From assembly GCA_030390025.1 (NCBI GenBank), contig CM059432.1:16680001-16744000 (forward strand): a stretch of DNA of 64,000 nt, in the 5' to 3' direction. This DNA comes from Squalus acanthias. Its lineage: Eukaryota. A model generated the notes under the pieces. It was not told the origin of the DNA, did no database searches, and was given only the letters and a program-made list of their open reading frames with translations. Positions 51,701-63,031 of the stretch are shown here, in pieces (the stretch's first letter is position 1; every line of letters begins with the position of its first letter). A program made the position numbers and the translations under genes.

Positions 51701-52029
51701 ACTTCTGCCAACAACCAAAATCTAAGATAATCTGGTCAATTTATTTCATTGCTGTTTGTGGGAGCTTGCTATGCGCAAATTAGCTGCCATGTTTCCGAGT
51801 GGCCATGATGTGGAGATGCCGGTGTTGGACTGGGGTGGACAAAAGTGAGAAGTCGCACAACACCAGGTAAAAGTCCAACAGTTTTATTTGAAATCACAAG
51901 CTTTTGGAGCTGCTGCCCCTTCGTCAGGTGAAGTGAAGGAATACGAATCAGCAAAGCATATATAGACAGAGAACAATGCATGTGTAGCTCTACAGCAAAC
52001 GCCGCAACCTCGAAACCAAGATAGAGTCC

Positions 52030-54285
52030 ATGCTCTCAGCCTGTGCTCAGGACACAGCAGACCAGCTACGAGACACCGCCAAACAGACGAGGCAACGGAA
52101 CTACGCTGCCTACATGCGCATCAAGAACAGGAAGCTTGAGAAACTCGGCATCACCACCAGCAGCAACCAAGCCTCCCCCGGTACCACGGTTGCAACCACA
52201 GGGAAGTCCATCGTCAACTTGTCCGACCACACCCTTCAACCAGATGAAATCGAAATTCTTGCCCTAGGGCTCAAGTTCTGCCCCACCACCAAAATGGACC
52301 CCATCGGTCTCGCGGCAGACACAGAGGAATTCATCAGGAGAATGAGGATCCGGGAATTCTTCCACGAATCCCAAGATGTCAGCAACGAACCCAATGAGAC
52401 AATCAATGATCCGGAACAGCAGACAGAGGGACTCGCAGTGCAGCAACCGAAGAAGAAAGAGTCAAATTGGACCCCTCCGGAGGGTCGCTGCCCTAAGCTT
52501 GACATGTATGCTCAAGCTGTCAGGAGATGCATCAACGCCAGATTCATCAGCTGCACTCACAAGACAGTACAGAATGTCACCCGAGCACAACGCAACGCCA
52601 TCCACGCTCTCAAGACCAACCGCAACATCGTCATCAAACCAGCAGACAAAGGAGGAGCCATCGTCATACAGAACAGAATGGACTATTGCAAAGAAGCATA
52701 CCGACAACTGGACAACCTGGAACACTACAGACAGTTACCCGCAGATCCGACCAAAGAACACACCCGCCAACTCAATAGACTGATCAAGACCTTCGATCCA
52801 GACCTTCAAAGCATCCTACACGCTCTCATCCCACGTACTCCCCGCGTGGGAGACTTCTACTGCCTCCCAAAGATACACAAAGCCAACACACCCGGACGTC
52901 CTATCGTATCAGGCAACGGAACCCTGTGTCAGAACCTCTCTGGATACGTTGAGGGCATCCTGAAACCCATCGTACAGGGAACCCCTAGCTTCTGCCGCGA
53001 CACCACAGACTTCTTACAGAAACTCAGCACCCACGGACCAGTTGAACCAGGAACACTCCTCGCCACGATGGACATATCGGCACTCTACACCAGTATTCCC
53101 CACGATGACGGCATCGCTGCGACAGCCTCAGCACTCAACACCAACAACAGCCAATCTCCAGACGCCATCCTACAACTCATCCGCTTCATCCTTGACCACA
53201 ATGTCTTCACCTTCGACAACCATTTTTTTACCCAAACACACGGAACAGCCATGGGGACCAAATTCGCACCCCAATACGCCAACATCTTCATGCACAAGTT
53301 CGAGCAAGACTTCTTCGCTGCACAGGACCTCCAGCCAACGCTGTACACCAGATACATCGACGACATTTTCTTCCTTTGGACCCATGGCGAAGGATCACTG
53401 AAAAGACTACACGATAACATCAACAAGTTCCATCCCACCATCAAACTCACCATGGACTGCTCCTCAGAATCGGTTTCATTCCTGGACACACGAATCTCTA
53501 TCAAAGACGAACACCTCAGCACTTCACTCTACCGCAAGCCCACGGACAACCTCACTATGCTCCACTTCTCCAGCTTCCACCCTAACCACGTTAAAGAAGC
53601 CCTGCGAATACACAGGATCTGCTCAGACGAGGAGGAACGCGATGGACACCTACGGACGCTGAAAGACGCCCTCGTAAGAACGGGATATGACGCTCAACTC
53701 ATCGATCGACAGTTCCGACGGGCCACAGCGAAAAATCGCATAGACCTCCTCAGAAGGCGAACATGGGACACAACCAACAGAGTACCCTACGTCGTCCAGT
53801 ACTTCCCCGGAGCGGAGAAACTACGCCATGTTCTTCGCAGCCTTCAACATGTCATCGATGACGACGAACACCTCGCTAAGGCCATCCCCACGCCTCCACT
53901 ACTCGCCTTCAAACAGCCGCCTAACCTCAGAAGTACCATCGTTCGCAGCAAATTACCCAGCTTTCAGGATAACAGCGACCACGACACCACACAACCCTGC
54001 CACGGCAACCTCTGCAAGACATGCCAGATCATCAACACAGATACCATCATCACACGTGACGGACACTGCGCAACAATCGCCAGGCAGGATTGTTACCTCC
54101 CAGTCAGGGAACACTTCAGCAGTCAAGGACATTCAGCCTCGGATCTGCGGGTAAGCGTTCTCCAAGGCGGCCTTCGAGACACACGACAACGCAAAATCAT
54201 CGAGCAGAAACTGATAGCCAAGTTCCGCACTCATGAGGACGGCCTCAACCGGGATCTTGGGTTCATGTCACGCTACATGACGTAG
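52030..54285 (+). CDS. Penelope-type reverse transcriptase with partially deleted GIY-YIG endonuclease (751 aa open frame)
   Basis: KPADKGG, LPKIHK, GRPIVS, DISALYTSIP, GTAMG, RYIDD, FLD, YRKPT; C-terminal CxxxxCxxC, EHF and GLNRD present; GIY/YIG motifs absent. Confidence 0.92.
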   Translation: MLSACAQDTADQLRDTAKQTRQRNYAAYMRIKNRKLEKLGITTSSNQASPGTTVATTGKSIVNLSDHTLQPDEIEILALGLKFCPTTKMDPIGLAADTEEFIRRMRIREFFHESQDVSNEPNETINDPEQQTEGLAVQQPKKKESNWTPPEGRCPKLDMYAQAVRRCINARFISCTHKTVQNVTRAQRNAIHALKTNRNIVIKPADKGGAIVIQNRMDYCKEAYRQLDNLEHYRQLPADPTKEHTRQLNRLIKTFDPDLQSILHALIPRTPRVGDFYCLPKIHKANTPGRPIVSGNGTLCQNLSGYVEGILKPIVQGTPSFCRDTTDFLQKLSTHGPVEPGTLLATMDISALYTSIPHDDGIAATASALNTNNSQSPDAILQLIRFILDHNVFTFDNHFFTQTHGTAMGTKFAPQYANIFMHKFEQDFFAAQDLQPTLYTRYIDDIFFLWTHGEGSLKRLHDNINKFHPTIKLTMDCSSESVSFLDTRISIKDEHLSTSLYRKPTDNLTMLHFSSFHPNHVKEALRIHRICSDEEERDGHLRTLKDALVRTGYDAQLIDRQFRRATAKNRIDLLRRRTWDTTNRVPYVVQYFPGAEKLRHVLRSLQHVIDDDEHLAKAIPTPPLLAFKQPPNLRSTIVRSKLPSFQDNSDHDTTQPCHGNLCKTCQIINTDTIITRDGHCATIARQDCYLPVREHFSSQGHSASDLRVSVLQGGLRDTRQRKIIEQKLIAKFRTHEDGLNRDLGFMSRYMT

Positions 54286-54595
54286 ATGACTCCAGTCGTC
54301 ATTGGCTTGTTCACAGATGTGATTTCCAGTAAAAAAAAGTAAAAAAATTTAAGTTTATGGTTTTCCATACAGACTGCAGCATTTGACACATTAGACCCCC
54401 TGTGACCCCACCTCATTGTCTCAGTTGTATCTTGCTATGTCTTTGATGTGGTGCCTTCCTGGCTGACCTGATTGTTTCTCTGCCAAGGTGTGACGAAAGG
54501 CAGTCAGGAGGATTAAATGTAGTCGTCTGACATTGTACGCTACACATGCATTGTTCTCTGTCTATATATGCTTTGCTGATTCGTATTCCTTCACT

Positions 54596-54633
54596 TCACC
54601 TGACGAAGGGGCAGCAGCTCCGAAAGCTTGTGA
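54596..54633 (+). ncRNA. Minimal type-I hammerhead motif in the Penelope pLTR
   Basis: UCAC-CUGACGA-A-GGGGC(agca)GCUCC-GAAA-GC-UU-GUGA; the inverted copy at 51894-51931 has GAAA>AAAA. Confidence 0.75.
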
Positions 54634-56804
54634 TTTCAAATAAAACTGTTGGACTATAACCTGGTGTTGTGCGACTTCTCACTTATGTTTCCTAGTGACT
54701 GCACTCCAAAAGTAATTCATTGTCTGTGAAGTGCTTTGGGACATTGAGGTTGCGAAAGGCACTACATAAATGCAAGTCTTTCTTTCTACATGATGTCAAT
54801 GCATTGTCAACCCAGGAAATGATCTGAGAAACAGTACTCGACTTTTAAACATATTCCAACAGACAGTCCAGATCACAAAGGGATGCTATTGTTATATCCA
54901 TCAGTCACACTATTGTGCATTTAGATATAGGGAAGTGCAAGGCAACTCGCATAAAACTAAGAAAATTCAACTACTTATGAGAGCAACTGGCATCATTGGA
55001 ACCAAGAACATATCTATGGCAGACCCAAATTTGTAACAGCAAGGATTGAGCATAATTCTGTCGCTCAATTTTTCAACTTCATGGTTAATGGTTTTGATTG
55101 TTGATATAAAATATTTAGTTGACCATATGACAGCGTGGCAGAGAAATTTTGCATATATGATAGACAAAGTGTACTTAAACATACTGCTTTTATATTACTA
55201 GCAGATAACCAGTTACGTTTCCTTAGTGAATCAGATAATGCTATTTTATACAGTCCATGTTATACCATGCAATGCTTCTTTGGTGAAGCTGTGTCCTTTT
55301 AAAACCAGTCAAATTACTATTATGTAACACTGGGTGCATTGATCAGTTGAATTGTTTTTGAAACTGAATGACACAAACCTGGCTTTCTTGGCCTTTTTCT
55401 AAAAGGTGTTTATTGTAAAGTCATTCATAAGTTAGATGTTCTAGCTCCTGCGTCTATGACTGTCTTTGTTGTGAAGTGTGAATTGCTAAGTTCACTGAGA
55501 GGTTAGAAATTCTAGCTCCTGTGTCAAATGAATGCTTTTTAATGAGGCACTTTGTGTGTGATGGAGAAATGTGGCAGACAGGAACTAACCTGTTAGACTT
55601 CGCTTTTTTAATAACTGATGTGACATAGAAGGTAGAGGAACGTGATCTCCTGTGATGTTGCTCATGGCAAATTATATGATACACTGTTTGCTAAGGCCAG
55701 GAGAGTTACAGCATTCAATGCAAAATGTATTATTCCACTGTTAAGGTGCAGCTACATCTCTTAAGGCCATAAAGTCTAATTGTTAGGTAAACAAAGCCTC
55801 ACATCAATCAGAGTTTAATTACTTGGCAAGTGAAATGTGCAAGGCGAGATAAGTCTTAGTTTAATTGCTCTTCAAGCTGCAAGTCAGAAGTCAGGATGAA
55901 ATGTCTTGCTTGCTCTTTTTTTAAAAAAGGTGTCATTGTTAAGGTTATTTTTAAGTCATATGCTACCGACACTGTGTCTCCTGTGTGAATATTAAGGTAT
56001 CTTCTGCTGATGGGAGCTTCTCTGTACATTACAAATGACTAGCTTTCATTATTTTTGAAAACAAAGTTTGTTCGAAGAAACATACCTATGAGCAAGAAAT
56101 TTGTAATTAAGTGACAAAAGATATTATAGGAAATGTCATGTGACAGGCAGGACCTGCAGACACGAATATATTTATTTTTGATTGAATGCATCATTACAGT
56201 TCCACAGCAGGCTAGTAAGTTTCACTTAGCTAGCTCAGCAACCATTCAGTGATTTTTTTATTTGTTCAATTCGGAAGGAGTTACTGATTTTAAAAATGAT
56301 TTTTATTCAATTCTATACCAACAGAGGGGGGTTTCTGATTGAATAATCTGATTGAATGGCCGTACAGGCTCGAGGGATTGAATGGTCTGCTCATGTTCCT
56401 ACATTGCTACTTATGAAAATTAAGGGGCCGGAATTGGCTGCAGCGGGGTGTGCCCGGTTACTTAGACTTTCCTGCACCCTGCAGCTCACTCATTTTTTGC
56501 CCTGTAAGTAGCTGGAAGTGTGAGCTGAGAATGGGCGAGGGCGAGTACAACAAGGCATCTGTGACCTTGGTGAACGAAGGGTCCAACAGGGTGTCTCCTT
56601 AAAAAAGGCGGCCGCCTCCACCGACCTCACCCCATCTGCCACAAAAATGCTCATACATGCTTTTGGCATCTCCTACCACAATTATTCCAATGCTCTTCTG
56701 CCCAGCCTCCCATCTTGCAACCTCCATCAACTTCAGCTCATCCAAAACTGTGCTGCACATATGCTATCTTGCTTGGCCATCACCCCTCTCCTCGCTGACC
56801 ATGT

Positions 56805-57885
56805 TACATAGAATATACAGCACAGAAACAGGCCATTCGGCCGAACCAGTCTGTGCAGGTGTTTATACTCCACACGCGTCTACTCCCATTCCATCCACCT
56901 CAGCTCAGCCTTTCAGCATATCTCTCTGTTCCCTTTTCTCTCACGTACTTGTCTGGTTCCTTTTGAAAGTATCTTGAGCTATTTGCCTCAATCACTTCCT
57001 GTGGTAGTGAGTTCCACATTCTAACATATCTGAGTAAAGAAATGTCTCCTTATTTCCCTATTGGATTTATTAGTATTTAACTTGTATTTATGGCCCCTAG
57101 TTTTGGATTCTCCAACAAGTGGAAACATTCTTTCCAGATCTACCTTGTCCAACCCATTCATAATTTTAAAGACCTCCATCAGGTCAAATCTAAGCCTTCA
57201 CTTTTCGAAAGAAAACAGCCCCAGCTTATTCAATCTTTCCCGATAGCTGTAATCTGTCAGTTCTGGTACCATCCCTGTAAATCTTTTTTGCACTTTCTCC
57301 AGTGCTTCTATGTCCTTGTTATAGTACCGTGTACAGTACTCCAAGTGCGGCCTGACCAGGGTCCGATACAGGTTTAGGATAACTTCACTATTTCTGAATT
57401 CTATACACCAAGAAATAAATCCCAGTGCTTTGCTTGCATTTTTAATTGCTTTGCTGACCACCAATGTTGCTTTTAATGATTTGTTCACCTGTATCCCTAG
57501 ATTCCTTTGCTCTTCTATCCCATTCAGTTTCTTATTTTCTAAGATGTAGGTGATGCTTCTGTTTTTCCACCAAAGTGCATCACCTCACATTTATCTCTGT
57601 TAAAGTTCATTTGCCACTTAACTGCTCACTCTGCAAGTTTTCCAATGTCGTCTTGTGTTATGTTGCATTCTTCCTCTGTTAGCTATACCCCCCAGTTTGA
57701 TATCATCTGCAAATTTTGCTATTAAGTTACTTATGCCTAAATCCAAATCATGAATGTAAATTATGACCAACAGTGGTCCCAGCACTGATCCTTGTGGAAC
57801 ACCGCTTTCTACCTTCCTCCAATTTCAATAACTATCCTTTACCCCTACTCTCTGCTTTCTATTTTTTTAAGCCAATTGCAATAGA
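56805..57885 (-). mobile_element. CR1 fragment
   Basis: LYRTLVRPHLEYC, EKVQKRFT, and a VPQGSVLGP-type sequence at ~57775-57805. Confidence 0.85.
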
Positions 57886-60005
57886 TTCAGAACAGATCTA
57901 GCAGCTCTAAACTGGGCATCCATGAGGCGCTGTGGGCGATCAGCAGCAGCAGAATTGTACTCCACCACAATCTGTAACCTCATGGCCCGGCATATCCCTC
58001 CCTCTACCATTACCATCAAGCCAGGGGACCAACTTTGGTTCAATAAGGAGTGTAGAAGAGCATGCCAGGAGCAGCACCAAGCGTACCTAAATATGAGGTG
58101 CCAGCCTGGGGAAGCTTCAACACAGGACTACATGCATGCAAAAAAGGAGAAGCAGCATGCTATAGACAGAGCTAAACAATCCCACAATCAACGGATCAGA
58201 TCAAAGCTCTGCAGTCCTGCCACATCCAGTCCTGAATGGTGGTGGACCATTAAACAACTGACGGGAGGAGGAGGAGGCTCCATGAATATCCCCATCCTCA
58301 ATGATGGTGGAGCCCAGCACGTGAGTGTAAAAGACAAAGCTGAAGAGTTTGCAACCATCTTCAGCCAGAACTGCCGAATGGATGATCCATATCGGTCTAC
58401 TCCTGAGGTCCCCACAGCACAGAAGCCAGTCTTCAACCAATTCGATTCACTCCATGTGATCTCAAGAGACGGTTGAACGCACTGGATACAGCAAAGGCTG
58501 TGGGCCCCGACAAAATCCCGGCTGTCGTGCTGAAGACTCGTGCTCCAGAACTAGCCACGCCTCTAGTTAATGTTGTTCCAGTACAGCTATAACACTGGCA
58601 TCTATCCGACAATGTGCAAAACTGCCCAAGTTATGTCCTGTCCATAAAAAGCAGGACAATTCCAATCCAGCCAATTACCGTCCAGTCAGTCTACCCTCAC
58701 TCATCGGCAAAGTGATGGAAGGTGTCGTCAACAGTGCTATCAAGCAGCACTTACTCACCAATAACCTGCTCACTGATGCCCAGTCTGGGTTCCGTCAGGA
58801 CCACTCGGCTCCAGACCTCATTACAGCCTTGGTCTAAACATGGACAAAAGAGCTGATTTCCAGAGGTGAGGTGAGGTGAGACTGACTGCCCTTGACATCA
58901 AGGCAGCATTTGACCGAGTGTAGCATCAAGAGCCCTAGTAAAACTGAAGTCAATGGGAATCGGGGGGGGAAAACTCTCCACTGGTTGAGGTCATACCTAG
59001 CACAAAAGAAGATGGCTGTGGTGGTTGAAGGTCAATCATCACAGCCCCAGGACATCGCTGCAGGAGTTCCTCAGGGCAGTGTCCTAGGCCCAACTATCTT
59101 CAGCTGCTTCAGCAATGACCTTCCCTCCATCATAAGGTCAGAAGTAGGGATGTTCGCTGATGACTGCACAGTGTTCAGTGCCGCATGCAGCAAGACCTGG
59201 ACAAAATTCAGGCTTGGGCTGATAAGTAGCAGGTAACATTCGCACCACACAAGTGCCAGGCAATGACTATCTCCAACAAGTGAGCGTCTAACCACTACCC
59301 CTTGACATTCAACAGCATTACCATCGCCGAATCCCCATCAATATCCTGGGGGTCACCATTGACCAGAAACTGAACTGGACCAGCCACATAAATACTCTGG
59401 CAACAAGAGCAGATCAGAGGCTGGGTATTCTGCCCTGAGTGTCTTACCTCCTGACTCCCCAAAGCCTTTCCACCATCTACAAGGCACAAGTAAGGAATGT
59501 GATGGAATACTCTCCACTTGCCTGGATGAGTGCAGCTCCAACAACACTCAAGAAGCTCAACACCATCCAAGACAAAGCAGCCCGCTTGATTGGCACCCCA
59601 TCCACCACCTTAAACATTCACTCCCTCCACCACCGGCGTACCGTGGTTGCAGTGTGTACCATCTACAAGATGCACTGCAGCAACTCGCCAAAGCTTCTTC
59701 GGCAGCACCTCCCAAACCCACAACCTCTACTACCTAGAAGGACAAGGGCAGCAGGCGCATGGGAACAACTTCACCTCCAAGTCACACACCATCCTGACTT
59801 GGAAGTATATCGCCGTTCCTTCATCGTCACTGGGTCAAAATCCTGGAATCCCTACCTAACAGCACTGTGGGAGTACCTTCATCACATGGACTGCAGCGGT
59901 TCAAGAAGGCGGCTCACCACCACCTTCTCAAGGGCAATTAGGGATGGGCAATAAATGCAGGCCTTGCCAGCGATGCCCCCATCCCATGAACGAATAAAAA
60001 GAAAA
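57886..60005 (+). mobile_element. 5'-truncated copy of the APE-RT LINE family of 12289-18290
   Basis: GVPQGSVLGP, MFADD, YKAQVRNVMEYSPLAW; 3' end ccttgccagcgatgcccccatcccatgaacgaataaaaagaaaa. Confidence 0.9.
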
Positions 60006-60659
60006 ATATTTAGTATCTCATAATTTAGCTCAGGTAGTCCACAAATGAATGTTAACTGATTGTAATAAAAATTAGTTTTTTTAGTCAATCTGCTTTTATT
60101 GTTTAAAATTGAATACAACACAAGATTTGATGCTTAGATGATTTGGTGGAATACATGCTCAAATTTAAGCTACAAGAAGAAAAATTAGAGATAATATTAG
60201 GCTGAACTTGGATTTGGAGGATTGGAACTTCTAATCTTTGCAAGTCGTATTCTTTGCAACTTCTCCAAAACCTCTTTGCTGTAAATAGTGCTGATAGAAT
60301 CATTCTATGTGAACACTGGAGCTTTCATCTTTGACATAAGTCTCGACTAACACAGTTTAGGAGCATTATCAACAGCTATATCCCTGCCCTGTCCACGGCA
60401 TCCATCACAGCCTCCAGAAGGGGAAGATTTTAGGATAGTGCCACAATAAGTGACTAAGTGTACCCTCTTCTCAATCACAGCAACATTACCTTCTCTCCAA
60501 CAAGTAGCCAGTTAGCCATTTTTTGGGGTGTATAATGGAATTTGTGGAAAACTTTAACTGAATCAGCCTCATCCATATATTGCTAGATGTTAAGAATGCA
60601 TTGGACAAAATTGTTGACCAGTTGAAATGTATAAGCTACTTGCCTGTGCTTCTGGCTTG
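60006..60659 (-). repeat. Near-identical inverted duplicate of 46006-46660
   Basis: Reverse complement aligns end to end; I saw only ~4 substitutions and one 1-nt indel; ORFs 46363-46563(+) and 60103-60303(-) encode almost the same peptide. Confidence 0.97.
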
Positions 60660-60699
60660 CCAGCGATGCCCACATCCAATGAAAGAATTTTCAAAAAAT

Positions 60700-61115
60700 T
60701 GCTATCCGTTCAGCTATTTGTCCTCTGACTCCACATGCCCCCTAACCTTTGTCATGAGATCCTGGTACCCTCAGCACCTCAAATTTACAATTCTCAACCT
60801 TGTATATAAATCCATCCATGGCCTCCCCATCTCTGCAACCTCCTCCAGTCCAACAGACCCGCCCCACCCCTACACCAAAATGTTTGACTTCTCAGACATC
60901 AATGTCTTGTGCATTCCTCCCTTCCTTCACTACACATTGGTGGCCATGCCTTCTGCCACCTAGGTCCCACTCTTTGTAATTCCCTCACCTCCCTCTCTCC
61001 TTTAAAACACAGCTCTTTGGCCAAGTTTTTGGTCACCACTCCTGATCTTCCTTTCTTCAGCTTGGTGAAATTTATTTCCTTCACGTCTCTGTAACGCACA
61101 TTTGAACACTTCTCT
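60700..61115 (+). mobile_element. Degenerate L2 3' fragment
   Basis: FTILNLVYKSIHG...IGGHAFCHLGPTLCNSL. Confidence 0.65.
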
Positions 61116-61551
61116 ATTTGAATGATGCCCATTACTTCTGTTGTCAGGCTCAAGTTACATAACTGGTTATGTGGTGGTTTATGTATTTTTTGCCAGTTGA
61201 CTGCTAATTTAATTTTACCAAGTGTTTTTGTACTCAATCCATCATTGTTGCCCTGTGACAATGACCCTACCTCACCTCATCTCACTCTGTGCAGGAAACG
61301 TGATGGAGGAATTGATGTACCTGTATTATATTTCAAGTTTTTGTGGTCTCCGACCCCACCTAATTATTTTTTCGTAAACAAAATGAATTTTTCCTGTCCG
61401 TCCACAACTTTGGATGATCATTTAAAACATCTAAGCACCCATTTCAGTGCACCTATTCAGATCATTTCTACCTGCAAATTCATAGAGATCCCAAAATGTC
61501 ATTCAAACATCCTCACCCTACAGAGAATGAGTATTTCAGACATGAACTCAC

Positions 61552-61639
61552 CTGTTGATAAAAGAAATTTAAAGAAGGCTTGTCTTCACTGAACTCGTTC
61601 AGGAAACCTTTTGGTAGATATCTGACTCGTAACTCATAT
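61552..61639 (-). CDS. PTK2: PTK2/FAK coding exon ([29 protein letters not shown])
   Basis: Minus strand: atcctcccag|ATATGAG...CAACAG|gtgagt; 88 nt, phase 2/0; matches [32 protein letters not shown]. The six exons are collinear and phase-compatible. Confidence 0.97.
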
Positions 61640-61851
61640 CTGGGAGGATAAAAGAAAATATTAGATTAGCTGTTGCTCTCAAAGCTGACCAACATTGTTG
61701 AATACTTTTTGATTCATTTTTAAGAAACCAATGTCAAACCTGATGATATGCAAAATCTTTGAGTTGAAATGAATCAGCATTTAAAAATGTTACAGGCTAT
61801 TATTGTGTATTTTCATGCAGTGAGGATAAACACATGATTTATGGTGATCTA

Positions 61852-62170
61852 CAACAACAACTATCTGCATTTATATAGCGCCGTTAACATAGGAAAGTAG
61901 CCCACAGCGCTTCACAAGGGCATAAATCAGACAAAAATTGACACCAAGCCAAAGGAGGAGATATTAGATAGGACGACTATAAGCTTGGTTGAAGAGGTAG
62001 GTTTTAATAATCAGAAGCTTAACTCAACGTCAAATAGGACGCCGAGGCTGTGAACAGTCTGGTTCAGCCTGCGATAGTGGCCAGGGAGGGGAATGGAATC
62101 GATGGCAAAGGAATGGGGTTTGTGGCGGGGTCCGAAGACAATGGCTTCGGTCTTCCCAATGTTCAATAAC
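61852..62170 (-). mobile_element. L2 fragments
   Basis: Similar to 8054-8205 and 8745-8880. Confidence 0.7.
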
Positions 62171-62509
62171 AGAAGTGGTGGAGCTCCAGCCTCCCAAACA
62201 GAATGTACTGCTTACGTTCCAGGCCTGCCCATCTCAGCTAGGTGAGGTCAGTAGTGTCTCAGCCAGGCTGATGCCAGATGGGGCAATCCTATAGATGTTG
62301 AGTACAATTTTTTTTTTGGTGGGGGAGGACAGGGGGCTGGTAGAGAAGAAAAGAGTAATTAATGCTGCTGTCCCGAATGGAATGTAACCTATGCTGTTGA
62401 AGGAGATGAAAAAGAAAATAGAAGAGACCTGACCACACATTTCAGTTCTTCTTCACTATGTAAATTGCGCTAGAGGACTGGAGGGTTACCAGTGTAACGC
62501 CTCTGTTCA

Positions 62510-63031
62510 TTGGCAGGATAGGCACACCAATGTCAGTGTTCGCGCTCAGGCCAACATCCCAAACATCGAAGCTTTGACCACGCTCGATCAGCTCCGATGG
62601 ACGGGCCACATCGTCCGCATGCCCGATACGAGACTCCCAAAACAAGCACTCTACTCGAAGCTCCAACACGGCAAGAGAGCCCCAGATGGGCAGAGGAAAT
62701 GCTTCAAGGACACCCTCAAAGCCTCCTTGAAAAAGTGTAACATCCCCACCGACACCTGGGAATCCCTGGCCCAAGACCGCACAAAGTGGAGGAAAAGCAT
62801 CCGGGATGGCGCCAAACAACTCGAGTCTCTTGGCCGGGAGCAAGCGCAAACAGCGGAAGGAGCACACGTCAACCCAAGCACCCCACCACCCACCCACCCC
62901 TTCAACCACCGTCTGCCCCACCTGTGACAGAGACTGTAGGTCCCGCATTGGACTCATCAGTCACCTGCGAACTCATTTTTAGTGTGGAAGCAAGTCATCC
63001 TCGGTTCCGCCTAAGAGAAGAACAACAACCA
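62510..63031 (+). mobile_element. RTE-clade LINE 3' fragment nested in an old CR1 (~62330-64000)
   Basis: QLRWTGHIVRMPDTRLPKQALY...WESLAQDRTKWR; short gaa/caa tail; 10-bp TSD CCTCTGTTCA (62500-62509, 63032-63041). Confidence 0.88.

Larger units (their letters stand above)
51797..54684 (+). mobile_element. Penelope-like retroelement, 5'-truncated, with inverted pLTR copy at its 5' end; inserted in a DeuSINE tail
   Basis: 51843-51988 is the reverse complement of 54539-54684 (146 bp); 8-bp TSD ATGTTTCC (51789-51796, 54685-54692); SINE tail continues to ~54786. Confidence 0.93.

Noticed and set aside
61122..61592. 156-aa plus-strand ORF
   Set aside because: No recognisable domain; antisense overlap with the real PTK2 exon; likely chance.
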